Numbered from the stretch's first letter, positions 1 to 9,424 are shown. The stretch is 64,000 bases of DNA from an uncultured Gammaproteobacteria bacterium (GCA_964483115.1 CAYZZF010000003.1:2772-66771), one strand, 5' to 3'. Notes: generated by a model from the letters alone, not told the origin. Program-made: numbers and translations.

Positions 1-486
1 AACATGGGTAATAAAACCTACTTCTTTAATACCTTCAATAAGGGGAACATTAGCTGTTGAACCGGCGGCAATGATAAATTTCTTCCCTTGATATCTTTGA
101 CCATTAACTTCTATTTCGTTTGGAGAAACAAAAGATGCCTGTCCCTCTATATGGGTAACATTTTCAAGACTCTTTAATACTTTTTCGTATTTTTCTTCTC
201 TCAATCTTGCAACAAGATCAAGCCCATGCTGTACTACAGTTGTGAAGTCAAAGTTCTTTACTTCAATATCAATTCCAGGAATACCATGGTTTCTTGCTTG
301 GTGCATTATTTCACCTGCCCAAAGCAAAGTCTTTGAAGGCACGCAGCCAACATTGACACAAGTTCCACCGAGAGGTAAACCTTTGTTTACCATTAAGGTT
401 TTTGCTTTGAGGTCATTAGCTTTAATGGCGGCGGCAAAAGCTCCTGCACCACCACCAATAATTATTAAATCGAAATTATTATTCAT
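1..486 (-). CDS. merA: Mercuric reductase-like pyridine nucleotide-disulfide oxidoreductase (5' part; runs off window)
   Basis: Hand translation from ATG at 486: MNNNFDLIIIGGGAGAFAAAIKA...LPLGGTCVNVGCVPSKTL, with GxGxxG FAD motif and redox CxxxxC; adjacent ArsR. Lpd-family alternative not excluded. Confidence 0.7.
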   Translation of the reverse strand, partial: MNNNFDLIIIGGGAGAFAAAIKANDLKAKTLMVNKGLPLGGTCVNVGCVPSKTLLWAGEIMHQARNHGIPGIDIEVKNFDFTTVVQHGLDLVARLREEKYEKVLKSLENVTHIEGQASFVSPNEIEVNGQRYQGKKFIIAAGSTANVPLIEGIKEVGFITHV

Positions 487-489
487 ACT

Positions 490-510
490 TTAACCGCAGT
501 TCGGACACAT
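490..510 (-). CDS. Putative micro-ORF MCPNCG
   Basis: AAAGGAGGT SD 8 nt before ATG TGT CCG AAC TGC GGT TAA; stop lies 3 nt before the merA-like ATG, same frame. Confidence 0.45.
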   Translation of the reverse strand: MCPNCG

Positions 511-537
511 AATCTTCCACCTCCTTTAAGTTTATAA

Positions 538-864
538 CTATACGATGAAATCTTTTAAAGTTTTTGTAAAATCATTTTTGCTTAATGAGTAATAAACAGT
601 TTGCGATTCTTTTCTTTTCTGTACTAAATTTAATTCTAAAAGTTTTTTAACGCTATGGGAAACAACAGAAATGGAAGTATCTAAAATTTCTGCCATATCA
701 CTGACATTAAATTCAGGATAATGACAGAGAAGGTAACAAATCTTAAGTCTTGTAGTATCGCCCACAACTCCTAATTGGTGGGCACAGGCAACTAACTCTT
801 TTTTATCCTCCAATTCCTTTTTAATCTTCTGGTATTTATTCATGGTATTTGAATGATTATTCAA
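538..864 (-). CDS. ArsR/SmtB family metalloregulator
   Basis: GDTTRLKI...VSDMAEIL..SISVVSH...LV..RKE..TVYYSL winged-HTH pattern; start may be the ATG at 843. Confidence 0.9.
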   Translation of the reverse strand: MNNHSNTMNKYQKIKKELEDKKELVACAHQLGVVGDTTRLKICYLLCHYPEFNVSDMAEILDTSISVVSHSVKKLLELNLVQKRKESQTVYYSLSKNDFTKTLKDFIV

Positions 865-987
865 ATAATATACCTTCCTTAACCTTTAAGTCAAGAAGAA
901 AATTTATGCTCAGCGAGATCTCGATCTCAAAAAAACTTGACAAGTATTGACTTGACAAGAATCGTTAAATATGCAACGATAAATTGC

Positions 988-1560
988 ATGAAGAAGATAC
1001 TACTGTCCGTAACCTTCTTTGCAATTACTCCTATAATTTTAGCTTTAAGTCTAATTTATCTGTCATATTTTTCGTACGTGAATAAAGATAAAAGCAATGC
1101 ATTTGCTAATGTAAATAAAAAAATCGCTTTTGCAGCTATTCCAACTACCGAAAATGTGCTTAAAGACCAAATTCTTTCCCAAGACAAAAGGATTGAAAAC
1201 CTAAAACTTTTCTTTAATGAGTACAATTCACCTCTTGAACCATATGCTGAAAACATAGTAAACGTATCCGAAAAATACGGATTGGATTACCGCCTACTAC
1301 CAGCTATTGCCATGCAGGAAAGCAATCTTTGTAAAAAGGCACCAAAAGACTCGTATAACTGTTGGGGATTTGGGATATATGGTAAAAAAGTTACAAAATT
1401 CTCAAATTATGCCGATGCAATCGAAGAGATATCAGAAACCCTTGCCACGGAATATAAGGGAAATGGATTAATAACCCCTGAGGAAATTATGGGCAAGTAT
1501 GCACCCTCAAACAATGGTGCGTGGGCGAGTTCGGTCAATTTCTTCATAAATCAGCTTTAG
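988..1560 (+). CDS. Membrane-anchored lysozyme-like/glucosaminidase-type cell-wall hydrolase
   Basis: N-terminal TM helix; YNSPL..., LDYRLLPAIAMQES, YNCWGFG, KYAP motifs; ATG at 988 preferred over TTG at 937. Confidence 0.7.
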   Translation: MKKILLSVTFFAITPIILALSLIYLSYFSYVNKDKSNAFANVNKKIAFAAIPTTENVLKDQILSQDKRIENLKLFFNEYNSPLEPYAENIVNVSEKYGLDYRLLPAIAMQESNLCKKAPKDSYNCWGFGIYGKKVTKFSNYADAIEEISETLATEYKGNGLITPEEIMGKYAPSNNGAWASSVNFFINQL

Positions 1561-1639
1561 TAGCTCTCCAGGAAGCTAAATCAAAATTAAATTGAGGCTA
1601 AATGCTTTAAAATCGAGGCTAAATCCTATAGTTTAGGAC

Positions 1640-1668
1640 TTGACAAACCTATAGTTAATTGATATAAT
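1640..1668 (+). promoter_or_regulatory. Sigma70 consensus promoter
   Basis: TTGACA (1640-1645), 17 bp spacer, TATAAT (1663-1668). Confidence 0.85.
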
Positions 1669-1677
1669 CTCTTTCAG

Positions 1678-1720
1678 ATCCTAAGGTATGCTTTCCAAAT
1701 GCATACGTTAGGATTTTTTT
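1678..1720 (+). terminator. Hairpin plus U-tract immediately downstream of the promoter
   Basis: ATCCTAA.GTATGC-loop-GCATAC.TTAGGAT followed by a T run. Confidence 0.55.
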
Positions 1721-1796
1721 ATGACTTTGATCCTTTCAAAATTCTTCATAAACCCACTAAATTAAATCCCGCTTAGCAGATTGCGGATGTAAGACT

Positions 1797-2354
1797 ATGA
1801 AAACAAAATTATTTTATTTATTTATATTTCTTTTTATATTATTACAATTTCCCCCAAAGAGTGTTTTCGCACAGGAGAATTCATCTGCTTCATCAGCTAT
1901 ACTTACAAAAGCAGTTGGGGAATCTGTAAGAGATACTAGGGCTAAAGTCTTACAAAAATTTCTTGAATATTATGGTTCTCCGCTTGCTCCTTTTGCGCAA
2001 AATTTCGTAGACTATGCAGATAGGTACAATTTAGACTGGAAACTCGTTGCTGCAATATCAGGAGTCGAATCAACTTTTGGACAGGCTATCCCCAAAAATT
2101 CATATAATGGATGGGGTTGGGGAATCTACGGAAATAACGTAACTCGTTTTGCTTCGTGGGATGAAGGCATCAAAATAGTATCAAAAGAGCTTAGGGAGAT
2201 GTATATGGACAAGTGGGGAGCAAGAGACATTTTTGAAATAGGTGGTATGTATGCACAGTCTCCGACATGGGCTTACCATGTATTGTATTATATGAACCGA
2301 ATTGAAGACTTTAAACTCTCAGATCCTCAGTCGAGTCTTTCAATTACGCTATAA
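1797..2354 (+). CDS. Secreted lysozyme-like/glucosaminidase-type protein, paralog of 988-1560
   Basis: Signal peptide ending VFA-Q; YGSPL, LDWKLVAAISGVESTFG, YNGWGWG motifs. Confidence 0.7.
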   Translation: MKTKLFYLFIFLFILLQFPPKSVFAQENSSASSAILTKAVGESVRDTRAKVLQKFLEYYGSPLAPFAQNFVDYADRYNLDWKLVAAISGVESTFGQAIPKNSYNGWGWGIYGNNVTRFASWDEGIKIVSKELREMYMDKWGARDIFEIGGMYAQSPTWAYHVLYYMNRIEDFKLSDPQSSLSITL

Positions 2355-2374
2355 ACTCTGTATAATGAGGTGCT

Positions 2375-2458
2375 GCCCAGATGGCGGAATTGGCAGACGC
2401 GCTGGCTTTAGGAGCCAGTGCTCGTGAGAGCTTGAGAGTTCGACTCTCTCTCTGGGCA
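2375..2458 (+). tRNA. tRNA-Leu (anticodon TAG)
   Basis: GCCCAGA/TCTGGGC acceptor, CTGGC-TTTAGGA-GCCAG anticodon arm, long variable arm, GTTCGACTC T-loop. Confidence 0.95.
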
Positions 2459-2464
2459 CTAATT

Positions 2465-3292
2465 ATGGACTCTACTATTGAAAAACAAGAAGACGGGACA
2501 ATAAAACTTACTATTACCATACCTCTTATAAAAATCAAGAAGGCGAAAGAAGAGATTTTGGAAGAAATCGCAAAAGAGGCTAAGATTGCCGGTTTTAGAA
2601 AAGGCAAAGCGCCAAAAAAACTTGTTGAAAAGAAGTTAGACCAGGGAAAACTCCATGAAGAAAGCCTTAAAAAAATTCTGCCTATAGCATATTCTGAGGC
2701 GGTAAAAAAACATAATATTACTCCAATAATGAATCCTAAAATTCACGTAGAGGATCTTTCAGATGATAAAGATTGGAAATTTACTGCCTTAACGTGTGAA
2801 GCACCACAGATTGATCTTACTGAGTATAAAGACGCAATTAAAAAACTCACTGCAAAAAATAAAATTGTAATTCCTGGTAAAGAACAAACGCAAATCAAAC
2901 TTGAGGAGATAATAGATGAGCTTCTTAAAAACATTAAAGTAAAAATTCCAAAAATTATTATTGAGCAGGAAGCGCAAAAACTCCTTGCTCAAACTCTCGA
3001 TGAAATAAAAAGACTGGGTCTTACCCTTGACCAGTATCTTGCATCAACAAATAAAACTATCGAGAGCTTACAGTCAGAATACGCAACAAAGGCTGAAAAT
3101 GATATAAAGATTGAATTTGCTCTTCAAAAGATTGCAGATGAAGAAAACATAACAGTGACTAATGGCGAGATAGATGAAGCGATACAAAAAGCAAAAGATG
3201 AAACGGAACGAGAAAGATTAGAAGCGAATCGGTACCTTTTAGCAAGCATCATTCGTCAGCAAAAAACGCTTGATTTCCTTAAAAGTTTATGA
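2465..3292 (+). CDS. tig: Trigger factor, short form
   Basis: GFRKGKAP ribosome-binding signature; ~275 aa with no FKBP domain evident; ATG at 2465 because the ORF-track start lies inside the tRNA. Confidence 0.9.
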   Translation: MDSTIEKQEDGTIKLTITIPLIKIKKAKEEILEEIAKEAKIAGFRKGKAPKKLVEKKLDQGKLHEESLKKILPIAYSEAVKKHNITPIMNPKIHVEDLSDDKDWKFTALTCEAPQIDLTEYKDAIKKLTAKNKIVIPGKEQTQIKLEEIIDELLKNIKVKIPKIIIEQEAQKLLAQTLDEIKRLGLTLDQYLASTNKTIESLQSEYATKAENDIKIEFALQKIADEENITVTNGEIDEAIQKAKDETERERLEANRYLLASIIRQQKTLDFLKSL

Positions 3293-3304
3293 TAAGGTGT
3301 GCAC

Positions 3305-3964
3305 ATGAAATCTTTAAAAACAAAAACATCTAAATCAGGAACATTAGATTATATAGATCAAAATCCCATCGAGGCTTTCAAGGAAATAGGGACAGGAGCA
3401 GCGGATTCTCTTGTTAATGACGTAAGCAAACAAGGCGAAAGCGATTTGTGGGAAAAATTGCTCGGCGCAAAAGAAGACTTATCGGACAAATTTTCTGGAG
3501 AATTATCTGAAGGGCAAGAAATTAATTTCAAGAGTCTTAATAAAAAAAGAGCGGAAGAAAAAGACGATTTTGCAGATGTTGAACCTCTTATAGATTACAG
3601 AAGAGAAATTATTCAGGTAGAGCAACGGACTGGACATGAAAACACTAAAGTTATAAGAGCAAAGATTGAAGAAATACTAGTGGAGCTTAAAAAAATTGCA
3701 TCAACTTCTCAAGAAATTGCGATAGAATTCAAACAAATAGCAGTTGAGCAAAGAATAGAAAAACCAGGCGAGTATCATCTTACATTTTTCGAGTGGATGC
3801 TTTCATTAGTCCGCTCAGCTCGAGCAAAAATAGAAGATTCAAGTGCTTGGCTTTCAGTTATGGAAAGCAAAAAGACGCAGAGGACGTACTGGAATATGTT
3901 TGCAAAACACGGGACGACATTTGGACTATCAAACGAGCGAATAGTTGCTACACAAACAGGATAA
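3305..3964 (+). CDS. Conserved CPR hypothetical protein (DUF5660-like)
   Basis: KPGEYHLTFFEW and YWNMFAKHGTTFGLSNER..ATQTG C-terminus, recalled from Microgenomates proteins. Confidence 0.6.
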   Translation: MKSLKTKTSKSGTLDYIDQNPIEAFKEIGTGAADSLVNDVSKQGESDLWEKLLGAKEDLSDKFSGELSEGQEINFKSLNKKRAEEKDDFADVEPLIDYRREIIQVEQRTGHENTKVIRAKIEEILVELKKIASTSQEIAIEFKQIAVEQRIEKPGEYHLTFFEWMLSLVRSARAKIEDSSAWLSVMESKKTQRTYWNMFAKHGTTFGLSNERIVATQTG

Positions 3965-4098
3965 ACATGACAAATAGGTCTTTTTTACTCCTTAACATCA
4001 TTCTCCTCATTACGGAGAACTGATTGTTTGGGAGAAAAGGTCTCAAGACTAATAAAAGAATAGACATAATCTCCCAAACAGGGAGATTTTTATATTTT

Positions 4099-4599
4099 AT
4101 GATAGAAATTATCACAAAGTCAGTAAAACCGCCAAAAGAATCGGTGCGTCCTACGATTGCTATAGAAGAAATTGATGACGTATCGGTTGGCCGCCAAATT
4201 CTTTCGGTAAGAACAATTATTTCGTGGATACCTAACGAAACTGTACTTTGTCTTATAGATACACTCAATCGCAACAATGCTCAATCGGAAAGAGCAAGAC
4301 ACAGTTTAACATTCTCATTAAACAACAATAGCCCAAACACAAACACTTTATACGGACACAATAGGGGACTCTCGGCATATTTTACTTATAATCCTAGTGA
4401 TGAAACAGTAATTGTTGAGTGGGGAACTATTGATCCAAGAGATGGAGTTGCCAAACTGCACACGCATCTTAATCGAGTAATCGATTTTAAAAATAGAAGT
4501 AAAATGGGAATGAAAATAAGCTTAGGATATATTACTCAAGTACAAAGCGGAGTTTGGTTAGCACTTATTGACAATTTGATTAGTTATCAGGAAGAATGA
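4099..4599 (+). CDS. Hypothetical protein
   Basis: Open frame of ~166 aa from ATG 4099; no motif recognised. Confidence 0.5.
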   Translation: MIEIITKSVKPPKESVRPTIAIEEIDDVSVGRQILSVRTIISWIPNETVLCLIDTLNRNNAQSERARHSLTFSLNNNSPNTNTLYGHNRGLSAYFTYNPSDETVIVEWGTIDPRDGVAKLHTHLNRVIDFKNRSKMGMKISLGYITQVQSGVWLALIDNLISYQEE

Positions 4600-4726
4600 G
4601 CGGAGTCGCCTATGGGAAAAGTTATAAATACTTTACATAGTTCTGGTTTTGTCCCTATAACAGCGGACGGATTTGTCAAGCTTCCCTCATTTTGCTAAAA
4701 TCGACTAGCGATCCATAAATGTGGAT

Positions 4727-4802
4727 GGGCAGTTAGCTCAGTTGGTAGAGCATTCGCTTGACGTGCGAAAGGTCACTGGTTCAAGTCCAGTACTGCCCAC
4801 CA
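4727..4802 (+). tRNA. tRNA-Val (anticodon GAC)
   Basis: GGGCAGT/ACTGCCC acceptor, TTCGC-TTGACGT-GCGAA anticodon arm, GGTTCAAGTCC T arm, encoded CCA. Confidence 0.97.
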
Positions 4803-4986
4803 ACAATTGACTTTCGGGAATTTTACCCGCCCTCGCTTTCACCGCCGCCGAATTTCGTATTTTGCTTTGCAAAATGCACCGCAAAAGAAACCAAAGAAGG
4901 AATTGTGTTTGCCCCGCCCTTCCCGTGCGCCACAACAAATTTTTTGCTCCCTTTGTCGATAATGATGTTTTATGGTATTATCTGAA

Positions 4987-5028
4987 TAGTACTAAATCTT
5001 TGATGATACTGCAACATAATAGTACTAT
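4987..5028. promoter_or_regulatory. Paired palindromic operator candidates upstream of the XRE gene
   Basis: TAGTACTA at 4987-4994 and 5020-5027, 33 bp apart. Confidence 0.5.
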
Positions 5029-5039
5029 AAAGATTACCT

Positions 5040-5255
5040 ATGGCAAAACAAGATTATCCACTTTCAAAAAATCTCAAGAAGCTAAGAGAAAAGAAAGGGC
5101 TTTCGCAAGATCGGCTCGCGAAGCTCGCCGATATCGCCAACAATACGATTATTAAAATTGAACAAGGTGAAAACATGAACCCTCGACTTGATACACTAAA
5201 AAAGATTGCGAAAGCCCTTGAGGTCAAGGTCGATGATTTGATAAATGACAGTTGA
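5040..5255 (+). CDS. XRE/Cro-C1 family HTH regulator
   Basis: LKKLREKKGLSQDRLA...IIKIEQG...NPRLDTLKKIAKAL. Confidence 0.92.
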   Translation: MAKQDYPLSKNLKKLREKKGLSQDRLAKLADIANNTIIKIEQGENMNPRLDTLKKIAKALEVKVDDLINDS

Positions 5256-5321
5256 TATTATGAAAAGTTTCGGGGGGTAAACTATAAGTAAGGTCGCGTT
5301 ATAATTAATTTTTTAAAATCT

Positions 5322-6590
5322 ATGGTTAATCAACAAATGTTTGATTACATCAAGCAACAGCTACAACAAGGAGTCAGCCGAGAACAAATCAAAAATTCTC
5401 TTATGGCTAACGGCTGGCAAGAAAATGATATAAACGAAGCTTTTAATATGTTTTCAAATAACCCTGTCCCGTCGCCGCAAGCACCCGCTCCACAAACCAT
5501 AACCGTCTTGCCGGGCGCAGCTGTTATTTTTGGTCAGGCATGGTCGCTCTATAAACAGAGACTAAGAACTTTTTTGGGGATAATGATAATCCCAGTGTTA
5601 GTTTTAATTGGTCTTATGGTGGTGCTTGCGGGCGGCGGATTTTTAGGCCTTACACTTCTTTCTTCAAAATTTGCCGTTGGAGGAATTGGACTTTTGATAA
5701 TTTTGGGAATTGTATTTTTCTTGGCTATTTTCATAAGTCAAGCGTGGGGCCAAACTGCTTTGCTTTATGCAATTAAAGATAGTCAGGAAGGCATAGGGGT
5801 TAGTGAAGCGTATCGCCGCGGTTGGCACAAAATACTTTCTTATTGGCAGGTTGGCCTTTTGGCAGGATTTATTACGATGGGCGGATTTTTATTGCTCGTC
5901 GTGCCCGGAATAATTTTCGCAACTTGGTTCAGCTTGGCTGTATTCGTTTTGATTGCCGAGGACTTGAAAGGAATGGATGCTTTGCTCAAAAGCCGCGAGT
6001 ATGTCAAAGGAAAATGGGTGGAAATTTTCTGGCGTTTCCTTTTCGTCAGTATTATTTCACTCATTATTTCATTAGTTTCAATTCTTATTTTCACCTTCCT
6101 GAAAATTCCGTTTGGCGCGCAAATTAGTCCCTTCGTAATCGGACTATTTTTGACGCCACTAGTAATGAGCTATTCATACTTGGTATACAACAATATCAAG
6201 GCAATCAAAGGCGAAATTGCTTTTGCGCCAACCGGCGGACAAAAAGCAACTTTCGTTATTCTAGGCATTCTTGGTTTATTGTTAATCCCCACGATACTTT
6301 TCTCTACCATTTTCTTGAGTCTTGGTTCTGCAAAGGAAAAAGCGAGAGATGTAAGAAGGCAAACCGATCTGAATCAAATTCGTGTGGGACTTGAATTATA
6401 TTACGACCAGTATAATGCCTATCCGTTCTCGCTGAACGAATTATCGCCTCAATTTTTGCCGACGACACCCGTTGATCCAAAAACAAATATGCCTTACCAA
6501 TATCAATTACAGCCAGACGGCAAAAATTATAAAGCTTGTGCAGAGTTTGAAGCTACTAAAACCGAGAAATGCGTTACTTCGCAGTTCTAA
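5322..6590 (+). CDS. Polytopic membrane protein with C-terminal pilin/GspG-like domain
   Basis: About 7 hydrophobic segments; C-terminal KARDVRRQTDLNQIRVGLELYY...YP...PVDP resembles pilins at 27-28 kb. Confidence 0.7.
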   Translation: MVNQQMFDYIKQQLQQGVSREQIKNSLMANGWQENDINEAFNMFSNNPVPSPQAPAPQTITVLPGAAVIFGQAWSLYKQRLRTFLGIMIIPVLVLIGLMVVLAGGGFLGLTLLSSKFAVGGIGLLIILGIVFFLAIFISQAWGQTALLYAIKDSQEGIGVSEAYRRGWHKILSYWQVGLLAGFITMGGFLLLVVPGIIFATWFSLAVFVLIAEDLKGMDALLKSREYVKGKWVEIFWRFLFVSIISLIISLVSILIFTFLKIPFGAQISPFVIGLFLTPLVMSYSYLVYNNIKAIKGEIAFAPTGGQKATFVILGILGLLLIPTILFSTIFLSLGSAKEKARDVRRQTDLNQIRVGLELYYDQYNAYPFSLNELSPQFLPTTPVDPKTNMPYQYQLQPDGKNYKACAEFEATKTEKCVTSQF

Positions 6591-6608
6591 TTGATTTGTG
6601 GTAAAGAT

Positions 6609-6830
6609 ATGGAAAAATATGAAGAAATAAAAAAACCCATTAAGCAAATATTTTTTGATAATTTTCTTGGAGGCATTGCCTGGGCACTTGGAGCAACATT
6701 TGGTCTTTCGCTCATAGTTACATTTCTAACTGTTATTTTAAAAAATATTGATTTTATACCTATTTTCGGAGGCTTTGTTTCAAAAATAACAAGTTATGTT
6801 TTACAAAATAACCCTCACTTGGTAAAATAA
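6609..6830 (+). CDS. Small membrane protein (DUF5665-like)
   Basis: NFLGGIAWALGATFG followed by a hydrophobic helix and IPIFGGFV. Confidence 0.65.
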   Translation: MEKYEEIKKPIKQIFFDNFLGGIAWALGATFGLSLIVTFLTVILKNIDFIPIFGGFVSKITSYVLQNNPHLVK

Positions 6831-6834
6831 GCAA

Positions 6835-8088
6835 ATGAATGACTCCAAAAGACCAATCAAATTGACAGAAAGTCACCAACAAATAGGACAAGAACAGGAT
6901 TTATTTACTTTTTCAGACCTTGTCGGCTCGGGTCTTCCACTTTTTACACCTAAGGGCGCAATACTTCGAAAAGTGCTTAATGACTATATAGATGAACTTT
7001 TAATAAAAGCAGGCTATCAATTTGTTTGGATTCCTCATATCGCAAGAAAAACGCTTTACCAAAAATCTGGCCATCTTGAAAAATTTTCGCAAGACATGTT
7101 TCCTGTTATGAAAGCAAAAGGACGGGAGTATATCTTAAAGCCTGCTAATTGCCCCCACCATATACAAATTTTTTTAAGAAAACCCTGGTCATACAGAGAA
7201 TTACCGCAAAGATATGCCGAAAGCTCAACCCAATATAGATCCGAACAATCGGGAGAACTTGAAGGACTGACGAGAGTTTTGGGAATGACGCTTGATGACT
7301 CACACGTTTTCGCCCGCCAAGATCAGATAAAAGAAGAGTTCAAAAAAGCACTCGAAATAAATAAACAAATGCTTTCTGATTTTGGCCTTTCCCACTGGAT
7401 AAGACTCTCTACCTGGAACGCCAAAGATAGAAAAAAATATTTGGGCGATGAAAAAACATGGGAAAACATGCAAAATCTTATGGAGGAAATTTTAAAGGAG
7501 CTTAAAGTTAAATATAAAAGGACTGAAGGCGAAGCTGCATTTTATGGGCCTAAGATGGATTTAATAGTAACTGATTCTCTTAAGAAGGAATGGCAATTAT
7601 CAACAATCCAAGTTGATTTTAATCTTCCGCAGCGTTTTAATCTTTCATACACAGACAAAACAGGAAAACAAAAAAGATTAGTAATGCTTCATAGGGCAAC
7701 TTTTGGATCTTACGAACGATTCTTGGCAATGATAATAGAACACTATCAAGGAATATTTCCTTTGTGGCTTTCGCCTGTTCAGATAGTTATACTTCCAATT
7801 GCAGATCGACATTTTGAGCTTGCAAAAAAGATTTACAAAATATTAATAGAAAATGGGGTCCGGGCAGAAGTTAATGACAAATCGCAAACCCTGCCTTCTA
7901 AAATCCGCGATGCTACTTTACAAAAAGTACCATATATGAGTATAATAGGAGATAGAGAAGTAGAAAAATCAAAACTTGAGGAAGAAAAAATCGTATCGGT
8001 TCGAACAAGAGGTGGAAAAGACTTGGGGCAAGTTAAACTTGTCCAATTTTTAAAAAGGCTACAAGAAGAAATTGATAAAAAGGTCTAA
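6835..8088 (+). CDS. thrS: Threonine--tRNA ligase, short form
   Basis: LKPANCPHH, YRSEQSGEL.GLTRV, GEAAFYGPK, MLHRA.FGSYERF; upstream of infC. Confidence 0.97.
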   Translation: MNDSKRPIKLTESHQQIGQEQDLFTFSDLVGSGLPLFTPKGAILRKVLNDYIDELLIKAGYQFVWIPHIARKTLYQKSGHLEKFSQDMFPVMKAKGREYILKPANCPHHIQIFLRKPWSYRELPQRYAESSTQYRSEQSGELEGLTRVLGMTLDDSHVFARQDQIKEEFKKALEINKQMLSDFGLSHWIRLSTWNAKDRKKYLGDEKTWENMQNLMEEILKELKVKYKRTEGEAAFYGPKMDLIVTDSLKKEWQLSTIQVDFNLPQRFNLSYTDKTGKQKRLVMLHRATFGSYERFLAMIIEHYQGIFPLWLSPVQIVILPIADRHFELAKKIYKILIENGVRAEVNDKSQTLPSKIRDATLQKVPYMSIIGDREVEKSKLEEEKIVSVRTRGGKDLGQVKLVQFLKRLQEEIDKKV

Positions 8089-8653
8089 AAAACGCACAGA
8101 GCTAAAAAGGTTTCACCGAGTTAATCAAGGTATCTTTGCCCATACCTTAAGAGTGTTGGATAATGATGGGAAACAAATAGGAGTTCTTTCTAAGCTTCAA
8201 GCCCTAGAAAAAGCACAAGAACTTGGTCTTGATCTTGTAGAAATTGCTCCAAATGCTAAACCGCCTGTTGCTAAAATAATTGACTTTAAAAAATTTTTAT
8301 ACCAAGAGAAAAAAAAGAAAAAGGAAGAAAAAAGAAAATCAAAGATGTCCGAGACTAAAGAACTAAGGCTAGGACCTTTTACGAGCGGAAATGATCTTCA
8401 GGTTGTCATAAAAAGGGCCGGAGAATTTTTACAAAATGGCGACAAAGTAAAATTTGTAGTAAAATTCGCAGGAAGACAAATACAGCATCCGGAATTCGGA
8501 GAAAGGATTTTAGATAAGGTAGTCTTATCTCTTTCGGAGCTTTCTAAAGTTGAACGAGAAAGGCATTTTGAAGGACGACAGCTTATATTAATGTTGTCTC
8601 CTGAAAGAAAAAAAGAACATGATAAAGAAAAAAATAAAGAAATCAGTAAGTAA
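8072..8653 (+). CDS. infC: Translation initiation factor IF-3
   Basis: LDLVEIAPNAKPPVAKIIDF, GDKVK; start codon uncertain. Confidence 0.95.
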   Translation: MIKRSKKRTELKRFHRVNQGIFAHTLRVLDNDGKQIGVLSKLQALEKAQELGLDLVEIAPNAKPPVAKIIDFKKFLYQEKKKKKEEKRKSKMSETKELRLGPFTSGNDLQVVIKRAGEFLQNGDKVKFVVKFAGRQIQHPEFGERILDKVVLSLSELSKVERERHFEGRQLILMLSPERKKEHDKEKNKEISK

Positions 8654-8813
8654 AAGGTTTAAGGTCACTAAAAGTGGCAAGGTCCTTTTCTCCCATCAGT
8701 ATAAAAGCCACCTTAAGGCAGGGAAGTCAAAAAGAAGACAAAGAAGGCAAAAAGAACCGGGAATAATTAGGGGAACATTTGCTAAAAAAATTAAGAAAAT
8801 GTTGGGAGAATAG
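8619..8813 (+). CDS. rpmI: 50S ribosomal protein L35
   Basis: KKSVSKRFKVTKSGK...SHL; lies between infC and rplT. Confidence 0.93.
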   Translation: MIKKKIKKSVSKRFKVTKSGKVLFSHQYKSHLKAGKSKRRQRRQKEPGIIRGTFAKKIKKMLGE

Positions 8814-9005
8814 TTTTAAGAATAATCTTAAATGAAAAAACAAAGACCAAGAAAAAATATAAATTTTTGAGAAACCCATTCGGAGAGGTCGGAAACAAAC
8901 TCTTATAGAACGTTTAATAGATACATTAAGAACATAAAAATCAAATTAGTGAACATTAAGAATAAATAGTAAAAATAAAATATATTTGATATTTAAAATT
9001 TTATT

Positions 9006-9356
9006 ATGGCACGAGTTAAAAGGGGAACAGTATCCCGAAGAAAACACAACAAACTTCTTAAGCTTACAAAAGGATACAGAGGAACCAGAGGCAAACTTAT
9101 TAAAGTGGCTCGCGAGACAGAGCTTCACGCGAGAGCTTATTCTTATCATGGCAGAAAACTTAGAAAAAGAAATTTTAGAACTCTTTGGATTACGAGAATA
9201 GGGGAAGCGGTAAAAAAAGAAGGACTTTCCTACAATGCTTTTATTAATAAATTGAAGAAGGCAAAAATAGAATTGGATCGAAAAACTTTAAGCGATCTTG
9301 CTCTCAATGATCCTAGTGTATTTAACAAAGTAATTGACGCAGTTAAAAAAGTCTGA
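9006..9356 (+). CDS. rplT: 50S ribosomal protein L20
   Basis: MARVKRG...KGYRG...RKRNFRTLWITRI. Confidence 0.98.
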   Translation: MARVKRGTVSRRKHNKLLKLTKGYRGTRGKLIKVARETELHARAYSYHGRKLRKRNFRTLWITRIGEAVKKEGLSYNAFINKLKKAKIELDRKTLSDLALNDPSVFNKVIDAVKKV

Positions 9357-9370
9357 TATATTAAATAATA

Positions 9371-9424
9371 ATGAAGCAATTTAGCAACCTAAAAATTTTT
9401 AATTTTTACTTTACCTTCGCTTAG
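9371..9424 (+). CDS. Phe-rich leader peptide (pheM-like) MKQFSNLKIFNFYFTFA
   Basis: 5 Phe codons in 17; lies between rplT and pheS; overlaps attenuator stem 1. Confidence 0.75.
   Translation: MKQFSNLKIFNFYFTFA

Noticed and set aside
242-493. Plus-strand 83-aa ORF
   Set aside because: Antisense shadow of the merA-like gene
2381-2464. N-terminal extension of trigger factor in the ORF track
   Set aside because: Overlaps tRNA-Leu(TAG); true start is likely 2465
4738-5155. Short ORFs 4738-4938, 4758-4985 and 4862-5155
   Set aside because: Overlap tRNA-Val or the XRE gene; shadow frames
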